A stretch of 64,000 nucleotides of DNA from a virus, in IMG/VR virus record IMGVR_UViG_3300032516_000013, positions 26,333-90,332 of that record, one strand, 5' to 3'. This document shows, piece after piece, positions 38,303 through 48,102 of the stretch; within the stretch, counting starts at the first letter, position 1; each line of letters begins with the position of its first letter. The position numbers were made by a program, and so were the translations under genes. The notes under the pieces are model-generated. The model made no database searches. It was not told the origin of the DNA and saw nothing but the letters and a program-made list of their open reading frames with translations.

Positions 38303-39520
38303 TCACCCGCCCAATAACACTTCTCTCGATTTCTCAGTCAATTCCATCCCACATTTTGGGCATACTTTCAATTGTTGTTGAAGTTCCTTCTCCTCCTCTT
38401 TTAGCTTTTCCAAATCCAATTGAGCCTTTTCTGCTTCCAAACTAGAAAATTTAATAGTCTCTATTAATTCATGTATCCTCAACAGCTTCTGGCAAGAACT
38501 TCTATATTGTTCAGCAAGCTCTTTAACAGATTCTACATTAAAGGAAATTTCTAAAGTTTCCTCTCTTAAATTCTTCCAAAGAGATAAACTAGAAGATAAT
38601 TTAGTTCTTTTAGAAATTCCTGCTTCATATCTTTTTAAAGTTTCCTGAATATCTTTTTCCAAAACTTCAAAACGATCTTTTGAAATTTCAACTTTCTCAG
38701 CAACAAGTATCTTCCAAAGATTCAAATTTGCTAATAACTGGTTCTTTCTTAAATTATTTTTCTCAAACCTCTGGGAAGTTTCACTAATCTCTCTTCCTAT
38801 TTGCAGAAACCTTTTTTCTGGTATATAAATTACAGAAGCTTTTAACGCTTTTAATTGACGACAAATATCTTCTAATAACTCTAACTGTTCTTGCTTCTCA
38901 GCAGATTGTTGAAACAATTCTTCAAATGTCTCCAAAGTTAATTCAAATTCCTTTAACGGAATTCTTTCAAGAATTTTTATCTTTTTTAATAATTCCGCCA
39001 ACCCAACTTCTTCCCTTGTTAATTCTGCTTTATTTTTTCTTACTTTAGAAGAAACTATTTCTGTTATTCTATCTATTTCAGCCAAACCGGTAGCAGATTT
39101 AATATACTTAGCCACAACACCCGGACTATCCATAACCAAGAAGTAAGGAGAAAATTGGCGTTGTAAATTGATATCAGACAAATTAATTGCTTCTAAAACC
39201 TCTTTAGGTGGAGAAGTTCCAAAAGCAGTAAAATCCTCATAACCAGACAAGGAATAAAGATTTTCTGTTTTGTTTCTCTTTCTTCCTACGTCTAAATTTT
39301 TATCTTCTTTACCCCAAACAGTTTTAACAGCAACTTCATTTGATCCATGATGAATAAACCCTTCTCCCAAAGGACGATTCTTCAAAATCCAATAAATACT
39401 TCGAAGAATGGCTGTCTTTCCTGCGTCAGAAGAACCCACAAAAACATTGACCCCGGACACAAGTTCGACAACTGTGCTCTTATGAGATTGGAAATCTTGG
39501 ATAGTTAGTTTCTGAAGCAT
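38303..39520 (-). CDS. sbcC: SbcC/Rad50 (gp46-like) N-terminal half ending in the Zn hook
   Basis: FQSH, Walker A GSSDAGKT, Q-loop, coiled coil, terminal CPKC. Confidence 0.85.
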   Translation of the reverse strand: MLQKLTIQDFQSHKSTVVELVSGVNVFVGSSDAGKTAILRSIYWILKNRPLGEGFIHHGSNEVAVKTVWGKEDKNLDVGRKRNKTENLYSLSGYEDFTAFGTSPPKEVLEAINLSDINLQRQFSPYFLVMDSPGVVAKYIKSATGLAEIDRITEIVSSKVRKNKAELTREEVGLAELLKKIKILERIPLKEFELTLETFEELFQQSAEKQEQLELLEDICRQLKALKASVIYIPEKRFLQIGREISETSQRFEKNNLRKNQLLANLNLWKILVAEKVEISKDRFEVLEKDIQETLKRYEAGISKRTKLSSSLSLWKNLREETLEISFNVESVKELAEQYRSSCQKLLRIHELIETIKFSSLEAEKAQLDLEKLKEEEKELQQQLKVCPKCGMELTEKSREVLLGG

Positions 39521-39522
39521 TT

Positions 39523-40254
39523 TTAATTATTCTGCTGTATAAATGGCCTAGCCAGAATGTTCACAGGATACATTTTTGTTGTTCGATTAAACACTTGAAT
39601 TTGATGGAGAGACAAATCTTGAAGAGATATCTTTCCTTCTCTTAATTGTAATTCTGTCCAAAGAAGTCGAGCAAGAAAATAAGCATCCACAACATCGGTC
39701 AGGAGACCTTCACAATCATCAATCATTACTTTGTTTCTTTTTCGTTTAACATATTTAACAGGAATTTGTTTTACCAACTCTTCCCCTAAAAACTTTTCTT
39801 TCAATGCCTGATCCACCATTTCTTTCTTAGTTGCATTCCCTTTTCCTGTAGCAAAAAACTTTACACTTATTGGATCATGAATTCTCATAATCCCACCTGC
39901 TCTATAAATACTTGTCTTTAAAGCCCCTGTCAATTCTGCTATTTGACACAAAGAATTAGTTATAGCACCATAAGCATAACCTTCAAAAACAACATAAAAT
40001 GGACAAAGTCTCTGAACAACTTCTATAATATGATCAGAAAAAAGTTCTCGATAACGACATGCTCTGCGAATATTGTATCTTTCCAATTCTTCACCTAGTT
40101 CTCTCTTTAAACCCAAAAAAACCACAGAGGAAGCATTTTTCTCCACATCTTTTTTATTGTTGCTAAAATATTTATAATAGTCGACCTGACCATTTTCATT
40201 CAAAAAACAAAAACCTCCGTGTTCCAAAGATACATCACAGCCTATGATTACCAT
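39523..40254 (-). CDS. RuvC-like Holliday junction resolvase
   Basis: IGCD.S...G, VVFEGY, AEL.G..K, KFFATGKGNATK, D..DA. Confidence 0.8.
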   Translation of the reverse strand: MVIIGCDVSLEHGGFCFLNENGQVDYYKYFSNNKKDVEKNASSVVFLGLKRELGEELERYNIRRACRYRELFSDHIIEVVQRLCPFYVVFEGYAYGAITNSLCQIAELTGALKTSIYRAGGIMRIHDPISVKFFATGKGNATKKEMVDQALKEKFLGEELVKQIPVKYVKRKRNKVMIDDCEGLLTDVVDAYFLARLLWTELQLREGKISLQDLSLHQIQVFNRTTKMYPVNILARPFIQQNN

Positions 40255-41396
40255 ACTCGAACTTTCCTTTCTTCTGTAGCATATTCTTCTTTCCAAACTT
40301 TAGAAACATATTGTCTTAAATTTATTTCCTGGTTATTTTCTTCAATATAAGCAACCCAATCCATAATTCGTTTTGCCAAGAGTTCGGGAAATCCGTCACA
40401 GTTTTTTGATTTACAAGCAACACTCATTTCATTTTGAATACATCCACATTTAGAACAAACAGGTAATGCTATCGAAGTAGTCATTAAATACTCTTCATCT
40501 TTTTTACATTCAGGATCAGCACCAACTAACCAAGATAGCATAGAAGTTACGTCATCAAGTCCATAATCAAATAATATCTTGAAGTGTCCTCTCCTAAATG
40601 GAGGACCTACTTTGTTCTTATCAACCTTAAACTTTACCCAAATTCCTATTTCTTTCTTTTGAGTATTTACCACATCTTTATCATGCTTAAGATATAAACG
40701 AACAGAAGAATAAAACTCCAACCCTCTTCCACCGTTAGTGACTTCTGAAGATCCAAATCCTCCCACATTGTCTCTCGTTTGATCTATACAAATTAATGTT
40801 ACATTCTTTCTATTTATTTCTCCCAAATACTTTCTCAATCCTAAGCTTATTGCCTTTGCCCTAGAAGTAGCAAATCCCTGCTCTGTCATTGAAGTCTTTA
40901 ATTCTATAGCAGAAGGCAAAGCAGTAATGCTATCCACAACCACTATTTTAGGTTTTCTGCTTCTTGACTTCAAAATTCCGGCCAACCATTCATCAAAAAA
41001 CTCTTCTAAAGTTACAGGCTGATCATTATCATGTTTTTTATCCGAAAAACTATAACCACAAAAGAAATCCGGATTTGCACAATCCAAACCATAATAACGA
41101 GCAAAGGTAGGAACCAAAGTATGCTCAACATCTGCTAAATAGGCTTGTTTACCTGATCTTAAAGCGTAACCCAAAATGGTTGTGGCTAAAACTGTTTTAG
41201 CTGTGCTAGCCCCACCAAACAACTGGATTACCCGTCCTATTGGAACTCCTCCAGGAAGTTTATTTGCAATAGCTAAATCTAAAGGAGTACACCCTGTAGA
41301 GCACCAATCAGTTACTTCGGACAATCCCAACAACTCCGCAGCTTTAGCAGTTTCTTCCATTTCTTTAATAACCTGATCTTTTTCAGTCGGGGTCAC
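40248..41396 (-). CDS. recA: RecA/UvsX recombinase
   Basis: STG...LD.A...GG.P.GR, GGASTAKT, D.EH, VVDS, Q.R, GG.GL.FYSSVR, KNKVGPPFR. Confidence 0.92.
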   Translation of the reverse strand: MTPTEKDQVIKEMEETAKAAELLGLSEVTDWCSTGCTPLDLAIANKLPGGVPIGRVIQLFGGASTAKTVLATTILGYALRSGKQAYLADVEHTLVPTFARYYGLDCANPDFFCGYSFSDKKHDNDQPVTLEEFFDEWLAGILKSRSRKPKIVVVDSITALPSAIELKTSMTEQGFATSRAKAISLGLRKYLGEINRKNVTLICIDQTRDNVGGFGSSEVTNGGRGLEFYSSVRLYLKHDKDVVNTQKKEIGIWVKFKVDKNKVGPPFRRGHFKILFDYGLDDVTSMLSWLVGADPECKKDEEYLMTTSIALPVCSKCGCIQNEMSVACKSKNCDGFPELLAKRIMDWVAYIEENNQEINLRQYVSKVWKEEYATEERKVRVW

Positions 41397-41928
41397 GAGT
41401 GTTTTCCTCCTTTGTATCTTCGACTCTTTGAACAGCTATTCTTTGTCTGTGAACCAATACTTCTTCTTCCGAAACTTTAGACAAGGATTTCTTTTCTGGG
41501 GCCATATCTTGGCTGCTCATATAATACTGGTGAATGAACAAAGAAACAACATCCCGGAGAGTGGACTTTCTTTGTCCGGCAGCTTCCAGCATCACAAATC
41601 CAGCGTCTGCCAAATGTTGAGCATCAGAAGAATCTGTAAGTGCTGCTCGATATTCTGTGTTAACTTGGCAAGCATCTTCTACAGCATCCACAGTAGGTTT
41701 TAACAAACCATAAGATGCAGGATTTGCCCGAATCTTATTTCGAATATCGGCTCGGACAAACTCAAGATGATCCTTCTTTACTCTTGCCTCACTTTTCAAA
41801 TCCATTATAAAACTCCCAATGGATTCGTAAAGAGAGGCTTGTCCTGCAGCTTCGCTCTCTAAACGATCTCTGTCTATAGGAAGTTGTTTTCTGAACTCTT
41901 CTAGTTGTTTTCTAATGTCTTCAAGCAT
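41383..41928 (-). CDS. UvsY-like recombination mediator
   Basis: Helical protein between SSB and RecA; ID...L..E...Q pattern. Confidence 0.5.
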   Translation of the reverse strand: MLEDIRKQLEEFRKQLPIDRDRLESEAAGQASLYESIGSFIMDLKSEARVKKDHLEFVRADIRNKIRANPASYGLLKPTVDAVEDACQVNTEYRAALTDSSDAQHLADAGFVMLEAAGQRKSTLRDVVSLFIHQYYMSSQDMAPEKKSLSKVSEEEVLVHRQRIAVQRVEDTKEENTRDPD

Positions 41929-42955
41929 TGGTATTTCCTCTATTCCGAAGTACTTTTATCCTTGCCAAAACTTCTGGATCCACATTTTCTCTACCTTCTC
42001 TAGCAGTTGCTCTAGTTTCAGGCTGAGAAGGCTCTCCTCTTTCCCTAGTTGTTCTTGTTTCTGCAACTGAAACAGAAGCTTCCGGAGCTCTTGTATTTGA
42101 AGCAGGAGGAGCAGTTGGTGGATCTACATCTCTCTGTACTTCTACTCTCTGCACCTCAGGAGGAACAGGATCTCTATGTTCCTGTCTAGTTCCTGCTTCC
42201 GATCTTGACGATGCTGGATCCTCAACAGTTTCATGAGTCGTTCTGTTTCCTCTATCCTCAAAAACAGGACCCAAAGCCTCGGCTACAGTTTCATAAGAAG
42301 GATAAAGAATGAATTCTTCAAAATCATCGGGAACACTGTCATACCAAGACTTTGGAGGAACTCCATTATCCCGCAAACAAAATCCTCTATACTCGGTATT
42401 ATTCATCCCTTTGCCTATCCTCTCAAATTCAATATCCATACCTTCTTCTCGTGTACTAACATCGATAAACTTTCCGGTGCGTTTATCCCTAGAAATAGAA
42501 ATCACTTCTACCTTAAATGTAACAGGGGCATCATACCAATGAAGTCCCTTCTTTTCCGTCTCTGCGTTTTTGACATCATACACGAAGAACAGATAGTCTC
42601 GATAAGACCACAAAGCCTTAACCTTTTCCTTATCTCCATCTGATGTCTTTAATCTCTCAGCTAACTCGCAAATCGGACAGGGTAAATTCTTCATCTTTTT
42701 CAAACAAACGAATGTACGATCATCTGCTCCAATATGAGAATGCGTCCACACTTCTTTCCAAAAAGAAGGAAGGTCATTTGGAGGATACTTGGAAAACTTC
42801 GGGGAAATAATTCTCACAAAATTATCTCCAGGCTCTGCCTTATAACTCATAATTCCCAACTTTTCCAAAGCTCGAGTATCCACATAATTGTACTTGCCAC
42901 CAGAACCTTCTTTTGCTTTACGATGTTCATCTGCCAATATTTCTTGACGACCCAT
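41921..42955 (-). CDS. Single-stranded DNA-binding protein (T4 gp32-like)
   Basis: G.N.VRI, H..., C.......CPIC, G.D..FER.GKG..TEY; low-complexity tail. Confidence 0.7.
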   Translation of the reverse strand: MGRQEILADEHRKAKEGSGGKYNYVDTRALEKLGIMSYKAEPGDNFVRIISPKFSKYPPNDLPSFWKEVWTHSHIGADDRTFVCLKKMKNLPCPICELAERLKTSDGDKEKVKALWSYRDYLFFVYDVKNAETEKKGLHWYDAPVTFKVEVISISRDKRTGKFIDVSTREEGMDIEFERIGKGMNNTEYRGFCLRDNGVPPKSWYDSVPDDFEEFILYPSYETVAEALGPVFEDRGNRTTHETVEDPASSRSEAGTRQEHRDPVPPEVQRVEVQRDVDPPTAPPASNTRAPEASVSVAETRTTRERGEPSQPETRATAREGRENVDPEVLARIKVLRNRGNTNA

Positions 42956-43028
42956 AATTTGACCTCCAAAAACATTGCTTTTTTGATTTACTTTCCAACA
43001 ATAACATTATACGAAAGAAAACACTATT

Positions 43029-43976
43029 CTAAGTAAAGATTCTTTTAAAACATGCTTCTGCAACTTGAGCTCCTAATTGGGATTTTCCACCATAAAAACA
43101 ATTAACAGAAAATATCTTTATAAGATAAGCAAGATCCGAAGCCTCCTCAGAATCCTTACAAGTAACTAACATCTTATAAAGATAACCCATGATTGACTTG
43201 CGAACTTTTTCTGGTTCATCTTCAATCATATCGAAAGTATTGATTATAGTTGACCACTTACTTTTACGCACTTCAGGATTGCAATTCAAAAGTTTGCAAA
43301 GCTCAATAATTGAGACATCATTCTCTGTTCCTTTTAATAGCAGCTGTATGGCTGTATCCAAATCTGTAATATCTTTTACTTTTTCCAACGCGACCAACGT
43401 AGCTCTTGGGGATCCCTCAGATGTAGCTGCAACAGCTTGAACTATTTGTAGCGACACATTTAGCTTTGCTTTCTCACAAGCCTTCTCCAATAGAACCAGC
43501 AACTCTTTACCTGTAAGCTTTCCCACTTCATAATCAGTACAGCGATTTCTGATTGTTGGGATAAGATTTGCTGGTTCAGTTGTGCAAAGAATGAAGTAGC
43601 AGTTTGGTGGACTTTCCTCTAAAACTTTCAAAAAGGCTTCTTGTGCCGCAGAAGTCAATTGATGGGATTCATCCACGATATATGTTTTTGCTCCCCCACC
43701 TAAAGTTGAAAGTGGGGCTGTTCGAGCAATCTCCCGAATATCCTCGATGCCTCGAGTATTGGCTGCATTCAACTCAAAGATGCTGTCTTCATTGGAACCA
43801 AACTCTTTAGCAAGGATCCTAGCGATGGTTGTTTTTCCACAACCACTTTGTCCTCTTAAAAGAATGGCATGAGGCCTTTTTGCACTCTTTACCATCTTTT
43901 CTAAGGCTCGAACTGTGTTTACATTCCCAACTATTTCAGCCAAACTGGATGGTCGAACTTCACGATACAAAGACAT
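43029..43976 (-). CDS. dnaX: Clamp loader, DNA polymerase III gamma/tau-like
   Basis: LYR..RP, GQSGCGKTT, ELNAA..RG, VDESH, LEE.P, TIRNRC, GSPR. Confidence 0.9.
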   Translation of the reverse strand: MSLYREVRPSSLAEIVGNVNTVRALEKMVKSAKRPHAILLRGQSGCGKTTIARILAKEFGSNEDSIFELNAANTRGIEDIREIARTAPLSTLGGGAKTYIVDESHQLTSAAQEAFLKVLEESPPNCYFILCTTEPANLIPTIRNRCTDYEVGKLTGKELLVLLEKACEKAKLNVSLQIVQAVAATSEGSPRATLVALEKVKDITDLDTAIQLLLKGTENDVSIIELCKLLNCNPEVRKSKWSTIINTFDMIEDEPEKVRKSIMGYLYKMLVTCKDSEEASDLAYLIKIFSVNCFYGGKSQLGAQVAEACFKRIFT

Positions 43977-44005
43977 AATTCCTCCTCAAAAATACTGATC
44001 CTATC

Positions 44006-44057
44006 TTGGCCTTCGGATCTCTACATTCACCGTCGTAAATGTACCAAGCAAGGCCAA
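44006..44057 (-). promoter_or_regulatory. Two-tier intergenic stem-loop upstream of the dnaX-like gene
   Basis: TTGGCCTT/AAGGCCAA outer stem and TACATTTAC-GACG-GTGAATGTA inner stem. Confidence 0.5.
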
Positions 44058-44067
44058 CATCAACCAA

Positions 44068-45102
44068 TTAACTTTCGTAAAGACTTCCACAATGATCACA
44101 AATAGAGACTTCTCTAACGAGATCGCCGGCGACACAACGAAGTTCCCTAGCAGAACTCAAACTAAGTTTTGGAGAATGTGTGGCAACTCTTGTCACAGAA
44201 TTCCAGATATCATACATTGTCTTCGGACCTTCTCCAGCATTCATTGAAGCCGCTTCTCCAACTATTTCCTTTTGAGTTCTTGTGGGAATCCCAAACTTCA
44301 AAAATAAACTACGTAAAGTATTATCAGCTCTTTCCCCCACAGGCACTTCTGTCAACTTCTTAATTCGGTGAAATTCTCCCTCAATTCTTTGCACAGATCC
44401 AGTAGTTGCAGATTGAGCCCACAATCCAAAATTCTCATCTCCTTTTCGGCTCCATCGACCGATACTCTCACTTACAATCATTCCATTCGTGCAAACCTGC
44501 CTAAAAATAAACGGAGCTATCTCTATAGATCTCTCACCAATAACCGAGTTCTGTACTTCAATTCCGCCAAACAAGCGATCCCCTGTTATTGCTTCAAAAT
44601 TTCGATTTACTATGATAGAAAACACTGAATGATCTAAAGAAGATGATGGGTTATGATAACCAAGAATTTCTTCAGACTTCAACACTTTTTCCACATTATC
44701 CAAGATTTCCATATTGGTATGATAAGAAGGAGTATTGGCAGTACATCCAATAACTATATTGTTTTGCAAGAAAAATCGAGCCTTACCAGATCCGCCCAAT
44801 CCAAACCAATGCTCCAAATGCGGAAATATCATCTCGCTAGGGCATCTATTAGCATAAGCTTGAGGCACCCCCACAGTACGAGCGGCTTCCAATAATGCAG
44901 AAGAAGTTAATGGATATTCTTCCCCATTAATGGAAATGTGGGGAACATTTTGAACTTTTTCTACGTCCGTAAGACGAAAACGAATTTTTGCGTTGCCCCC
45001 CAATTCTACGTCTTTGTGTAAAATGTTCTCACAAGGCTCAAAAATCTTCTCTAACTCATCTCGTTTCATTAATGTCAATTCTGGCATTTTGTTCTCCTCC
45101 AA
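44068..45102 (-). CDS. DUF932/DUF945-like phage protein
   Basis: NS..G..S.....FR.VC.NG.I and YD.WN..T motifs. Confidence 0.65.
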   Translation of the reverse strand: MEENKMPELTLMKRDELEKIFEPCENILHKDVELGGNAKIRFRLTDVEKVQNVPHISINGEEYPLTSSALLEAARTVGVPQAYANRCPSEMIFPHLEHWFGLGGSGKARFFLQNNIVIGCTANTPSYHTNMEILDNVEKVLKSEEILGYHNPSSSLDHSVFSIIVNRNFEAITGDRLFGGIEVQNSVIGERSIEIAPFIFRQVCTNGMIVSESIGRWSRKGDENFGLWAQSATTGSVQRIEGEFHRIKKLTEVPVGERADNTLRSLFLKFGIPTRTQKEIVGEAASMNAGEGPKTMYDIWNSVTRVATHSPKLSLSSARELRCVAGDLVREVSICDHCGSLYES

Positions 45103-45121
45103 TCAATATTATACTAAAAAA

Positions 45122-47887
45122 TTATTTAACTCCCACTAAAATCTTTTCTTTATTCTGACAATAACCACATTCAAAATGTTCTTCTTTTGTCCCATTTTCC
45201 AATTTTATCGTTTCTTTGCCTTGAGGAGCAGAAGTTTTTCCGCAAGCAGGACAAGATCTAAAGACTAAACTTTTTAACTCAAACCAATTCTTCCCTATTT
45301 CCCAGTCAACCCCCATAGGCACGTTTCTTTGCCAGTCAAACCAATTACATATCATTGCTTCAGAAACTAACTTCACTAAATCCTCTGCTTCCGAAGCCAA
45401 AGCATCAAATGTTATACTGTCGTGCACCTCAAAAAGCGGATGAGATTTAAAACCATTTTTTGCCAATAAACTGTTTACATCATAATCCAGATGTATCAAA
45501 CTATTTAAACAGAGATGAAAACCCGGTCCTTGAATAGGTGTGTTGTAAATCTTATTGATATTTAAAGGACCATATCTTCTAAATCCTGAAACTGCTTCAA
45601 TATAACCAAGTTTCTTGTAAGTTTCAATAGTTCTATTTTGCCAACGCTTTACTCCTTTATACTCATTCCAAAACTTTTCCTGTACATAAGCAAAATGCTT
45701 CTTTGAAACTTTACTAAAGAGATCCGAATAACGGGGCATAGCGTCTGGGGTTCCACCATAAAAAGATTTAAAAACAAAACCATTTTTAGCTTCATATCTT
45801 TCATCATAGGTAATTTCCTTTCCTGGTTTTTCAAATATTTCAGAAGCCCATTTTCTATGTGTATCTATTCCATTTATAATCTGACGAATTAATTCCTCAT
45901 CCCCTGATGCCATTGCTACAACTCGAACTTCCAAACCACTTTCATCTACCTCCAAAAGTATCCTACCGGGAGAAGGAATTACTATTTTTCTAAACCCCAT
46001 TAATTCTTTATCATGCTTATAGACATTTTGGATACTGGGACTTTCAGCAGAAGATCGAAAAGTGTCTGTTAACAAATAAAAGGCCGGATGGACTTTATTT
46101 TCAGAATCCATGTTCTGCCAATAATTTTTTGCTCTCTTCAATATTGAACCACATTTTCGAAATCGCAAAAGAGACTTAATCAAATTTTTAACTTCTAAAT
46201 TACCAACATTATCCATTATAAGGGGCAGAGCATCTTCATCTGTACAAAGTCTTCCTGTTTTGGTTGTAGGTAATTTATTTTCTTTTGTTGGGATAACTTT
46301 ATAATGATTTCTAAGAATAGAAGCAAATTGAGGAGAAGATTCTGGATTAAATTCCGCTTTCTTATCTTCTTCATATTTAACGACTCCAGGACATCTTTTC
46401 ATTTCTGAGACTCTGCGTTCCAATTCTTCTCCAAACTTCTTTTCCAGTGCTTTAAGTTCCTTAGAATCAATTAAAATACCACGACATTGCAATCCCAACA
46501 AAACCTCTTCACCCTTAACCAAAAAATCATTAAATTCCTTCAATCTTCCTTCTATTTCTAATCTGGGTTTTTGATAATAATATGCCATCAAAGTATATCG
46601 AGAATCCCAACAATTATAATGAAATAAATTCTCCAACTTGGAAGCCATAATATTATGCGTATTCACCATCTCCTTATAATCATGTCCTGTCATTAAATAG
46701 ACTTGAAAAGCTAAACTAGCTGTGTTTTTTCTGCAATGTAGAACATGAGAACCCAACATTGTATCATGAAGAACATTGTTGGTTCGAACTCCTAAATGTA
46801 TTCTATCCCAAGAACCTTCCATGTTCAAATTCTGAACTATTTTAGAAGTATTACTTAAAAGAAATTTCTTCCAAGCTTCCTTTATCCTAAAAACTTCATT
46901 TTCAGTAAAAAATGGTCGAAATGTTGCTGGATTTATGAAATTAAGTGGAATAAAATATGCAGAATCAACATTAGAACAAAAAGCAATTGAAACAATCTGA
47001 GCTTTCTTTTCCCAAGGAGTTAAACATGTTGTCTCGTAATCATAAGCAACCGGATCCTTAATATCTGTAAAGCTTTCGATCTTTGCAATAATTTCATCCA
47101 CATCACTTAACAGATGATTCCCTTCTTCTGTAAGAGGATGAGGAAGAGGTTGCTCCAAATAACTCAAAGCACTAGCTATATCAAACAATAGTAAATTTTC
47201 GTCATCTGGAACCTTTGGATCATTCTTTCTTCGAATGTAAAACGCAGGATGATAAGAAGATCCAACACAACAACCAAATTCTTTGCTGGGAATTACTAAA
47301 CCATGCATCATTCCAGCATAAAAACTTCCTGAAAAGCCACAAGCCTTAGGTTTAATCAGCACAGCGTTTATTGCTATATCCCCAAAGGCAATTATCAATT
47401 TAGGCTGAACTTCATGAATGTCCTGTAAAAGATTTTTAGAGCATGCTTTTATTTGTTCTGTAGTAGGATCTTCATCCTTGAAGCAGGCAACAACATTAGT
47501 CCGAACACAATCCTCATCTATATCAATACCCAATTTAATCAAATTCCTCCGAAGCATTTGCCCAGATTCCCCAACAAAAGGTACTCCATATCTGTCTTCA
47601 TCCTTTCCTGGACAAATATCAACCAACAAGATTCCTTTCTTTCCTCTTCCATATCTTTTAATTTTAGGGTTGCGGCAATTTTTACTTAAACCACAAGTAG
47701 AGCAATCATATGTTGTTTCTTGAGTAGATCCTCTAGAAACTCTTTCTTTAGAAGCATCCCACCAATCTCCAGAACTTCTCCTAGAACTAATTATTGGAGA
47801 ATCCTTTTGAGATCTTGATCTTATAGGTGTTAAACCTACTTCTGATCTATCGGGAAATAAGCTTTCCTGTTTTCCCATATTAACCAA
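45122..47887 (-). CDS. polA: Family A DNA polymerase with an N-terminal family-4 UDG-like domain (SPO1-type architecture)
   Basis: UDG: C..C....C, PG.DED..G.PFVG.SG, TN.V.C, YHP. Exonuclease: DYET, DTML, YN..D. Polymerase: D.SGLE.R, R..AK...F...YG, NTPIQG, VHDS. Confidence 0.92.
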   Translation of the reverse strand: MVNMGKQESLFPDRSEVGLTPIRSRSQKDSPIISSRRSSGDWWDASKERVSRGSTQETTYDCSTCGLSKNCRNPKIKRYGRGKKGILLVDICPGKDEDRYGVPFVGESGQMLRRNLIKLGIDIDEDCVRTNVVACFKDEDPTTEQIKACSKNLLQDIHEVQPKLIIAFGDIAINAVLIKPKACGFSGSFYAGMMHGLVIPSKEFGCCVGSSYHPAFYIRRKNDPKVPDDENLLLFDIASALSYLEQPLPHPLTEEGNHLLSDVDEIIAKIESFTDIKDPVAYDYETTCLTPWEKKAQIVSIAFCSNVDSAYFIPLNFINPATFRPFFTENEVFRIKEAWKKFLLSNTSKIVQNLNMEGSWDRIHLGVRTNNVLHDTMLGSHVLHCRKNTASLAFQVYLMTGHDYKEMVNTHNIMASKLENLFHYNCWDSRYTLMAYYYQKPRLEIEGRLKEFNDFLVKGEEVLLGLQCRGILIDSKELKALEKKFGEELERRVSEMKRCPGVVKYEEDKKAEFNPESSPQFASILRNHYKVIPTKENKLPTTKTGRLCTDEDALPLIMDNVGNLEVKNLIKSLLRFRKCGSILKRAKNYWQNMDSENKVHPAFYLLTDTFRSSAESPSIQNVYKHDKELMGFRKIVIPSPGRILLEVDESGLEVRVVAMASGDEELIRQIINGIDTHRKWASEIFEKPGKEITYDERYEAKNGFVFKSFYGGTPDAMPRYSDLFSKVSKKHFAYVQEKFWNEYKGVKRWQNRTIETYKKLGYIEAVSGFRRYGPLNINKIYNTPIQGPGFHLCLNSLIHLDYDVNSLLAKNGFKSHPLFEVHDSITFDALASEAEDLVKLVSEAMICNWFDWQRNVPMGVDWEIGKNWFELKSLVFRSCPACGKTSAPQGKETIKLENGTKEEHFECGYCQNKEKILVGVK

Positions 47888-48092
47888 TCGTCTTCGGAAG
47901 CACTGTCATACCTTCCAATGTATGAATTCTATCTTCTAATTTAACAGCGTAAGCAAAGAGTTCGCAAATTGCGTTATCTCCTAAAAAGCTTCTCCAAGGA
48001 TTTGGTTCTCCAATTTTGTCGCAGCAAAGAACACCATTTTTGGATGTGTAAAATTTGTATCTGCCATGATCTAAATCAATTATTCGAATCAT
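47880..48092 (-). CDS. Hypothetical protein
   Basis: 70-aa coupled ORF. Confidence 0.5.
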   Translation of the reverse strand: MIRIIDLDHGRYKFYTSKNGVLCCDKIGEPNPWRSFLGDNAICELFAYAVKLEDRIHTLEGMTVLPKTIG

Positions 48093-48102
48093 TTTTGTCT
48101 CC

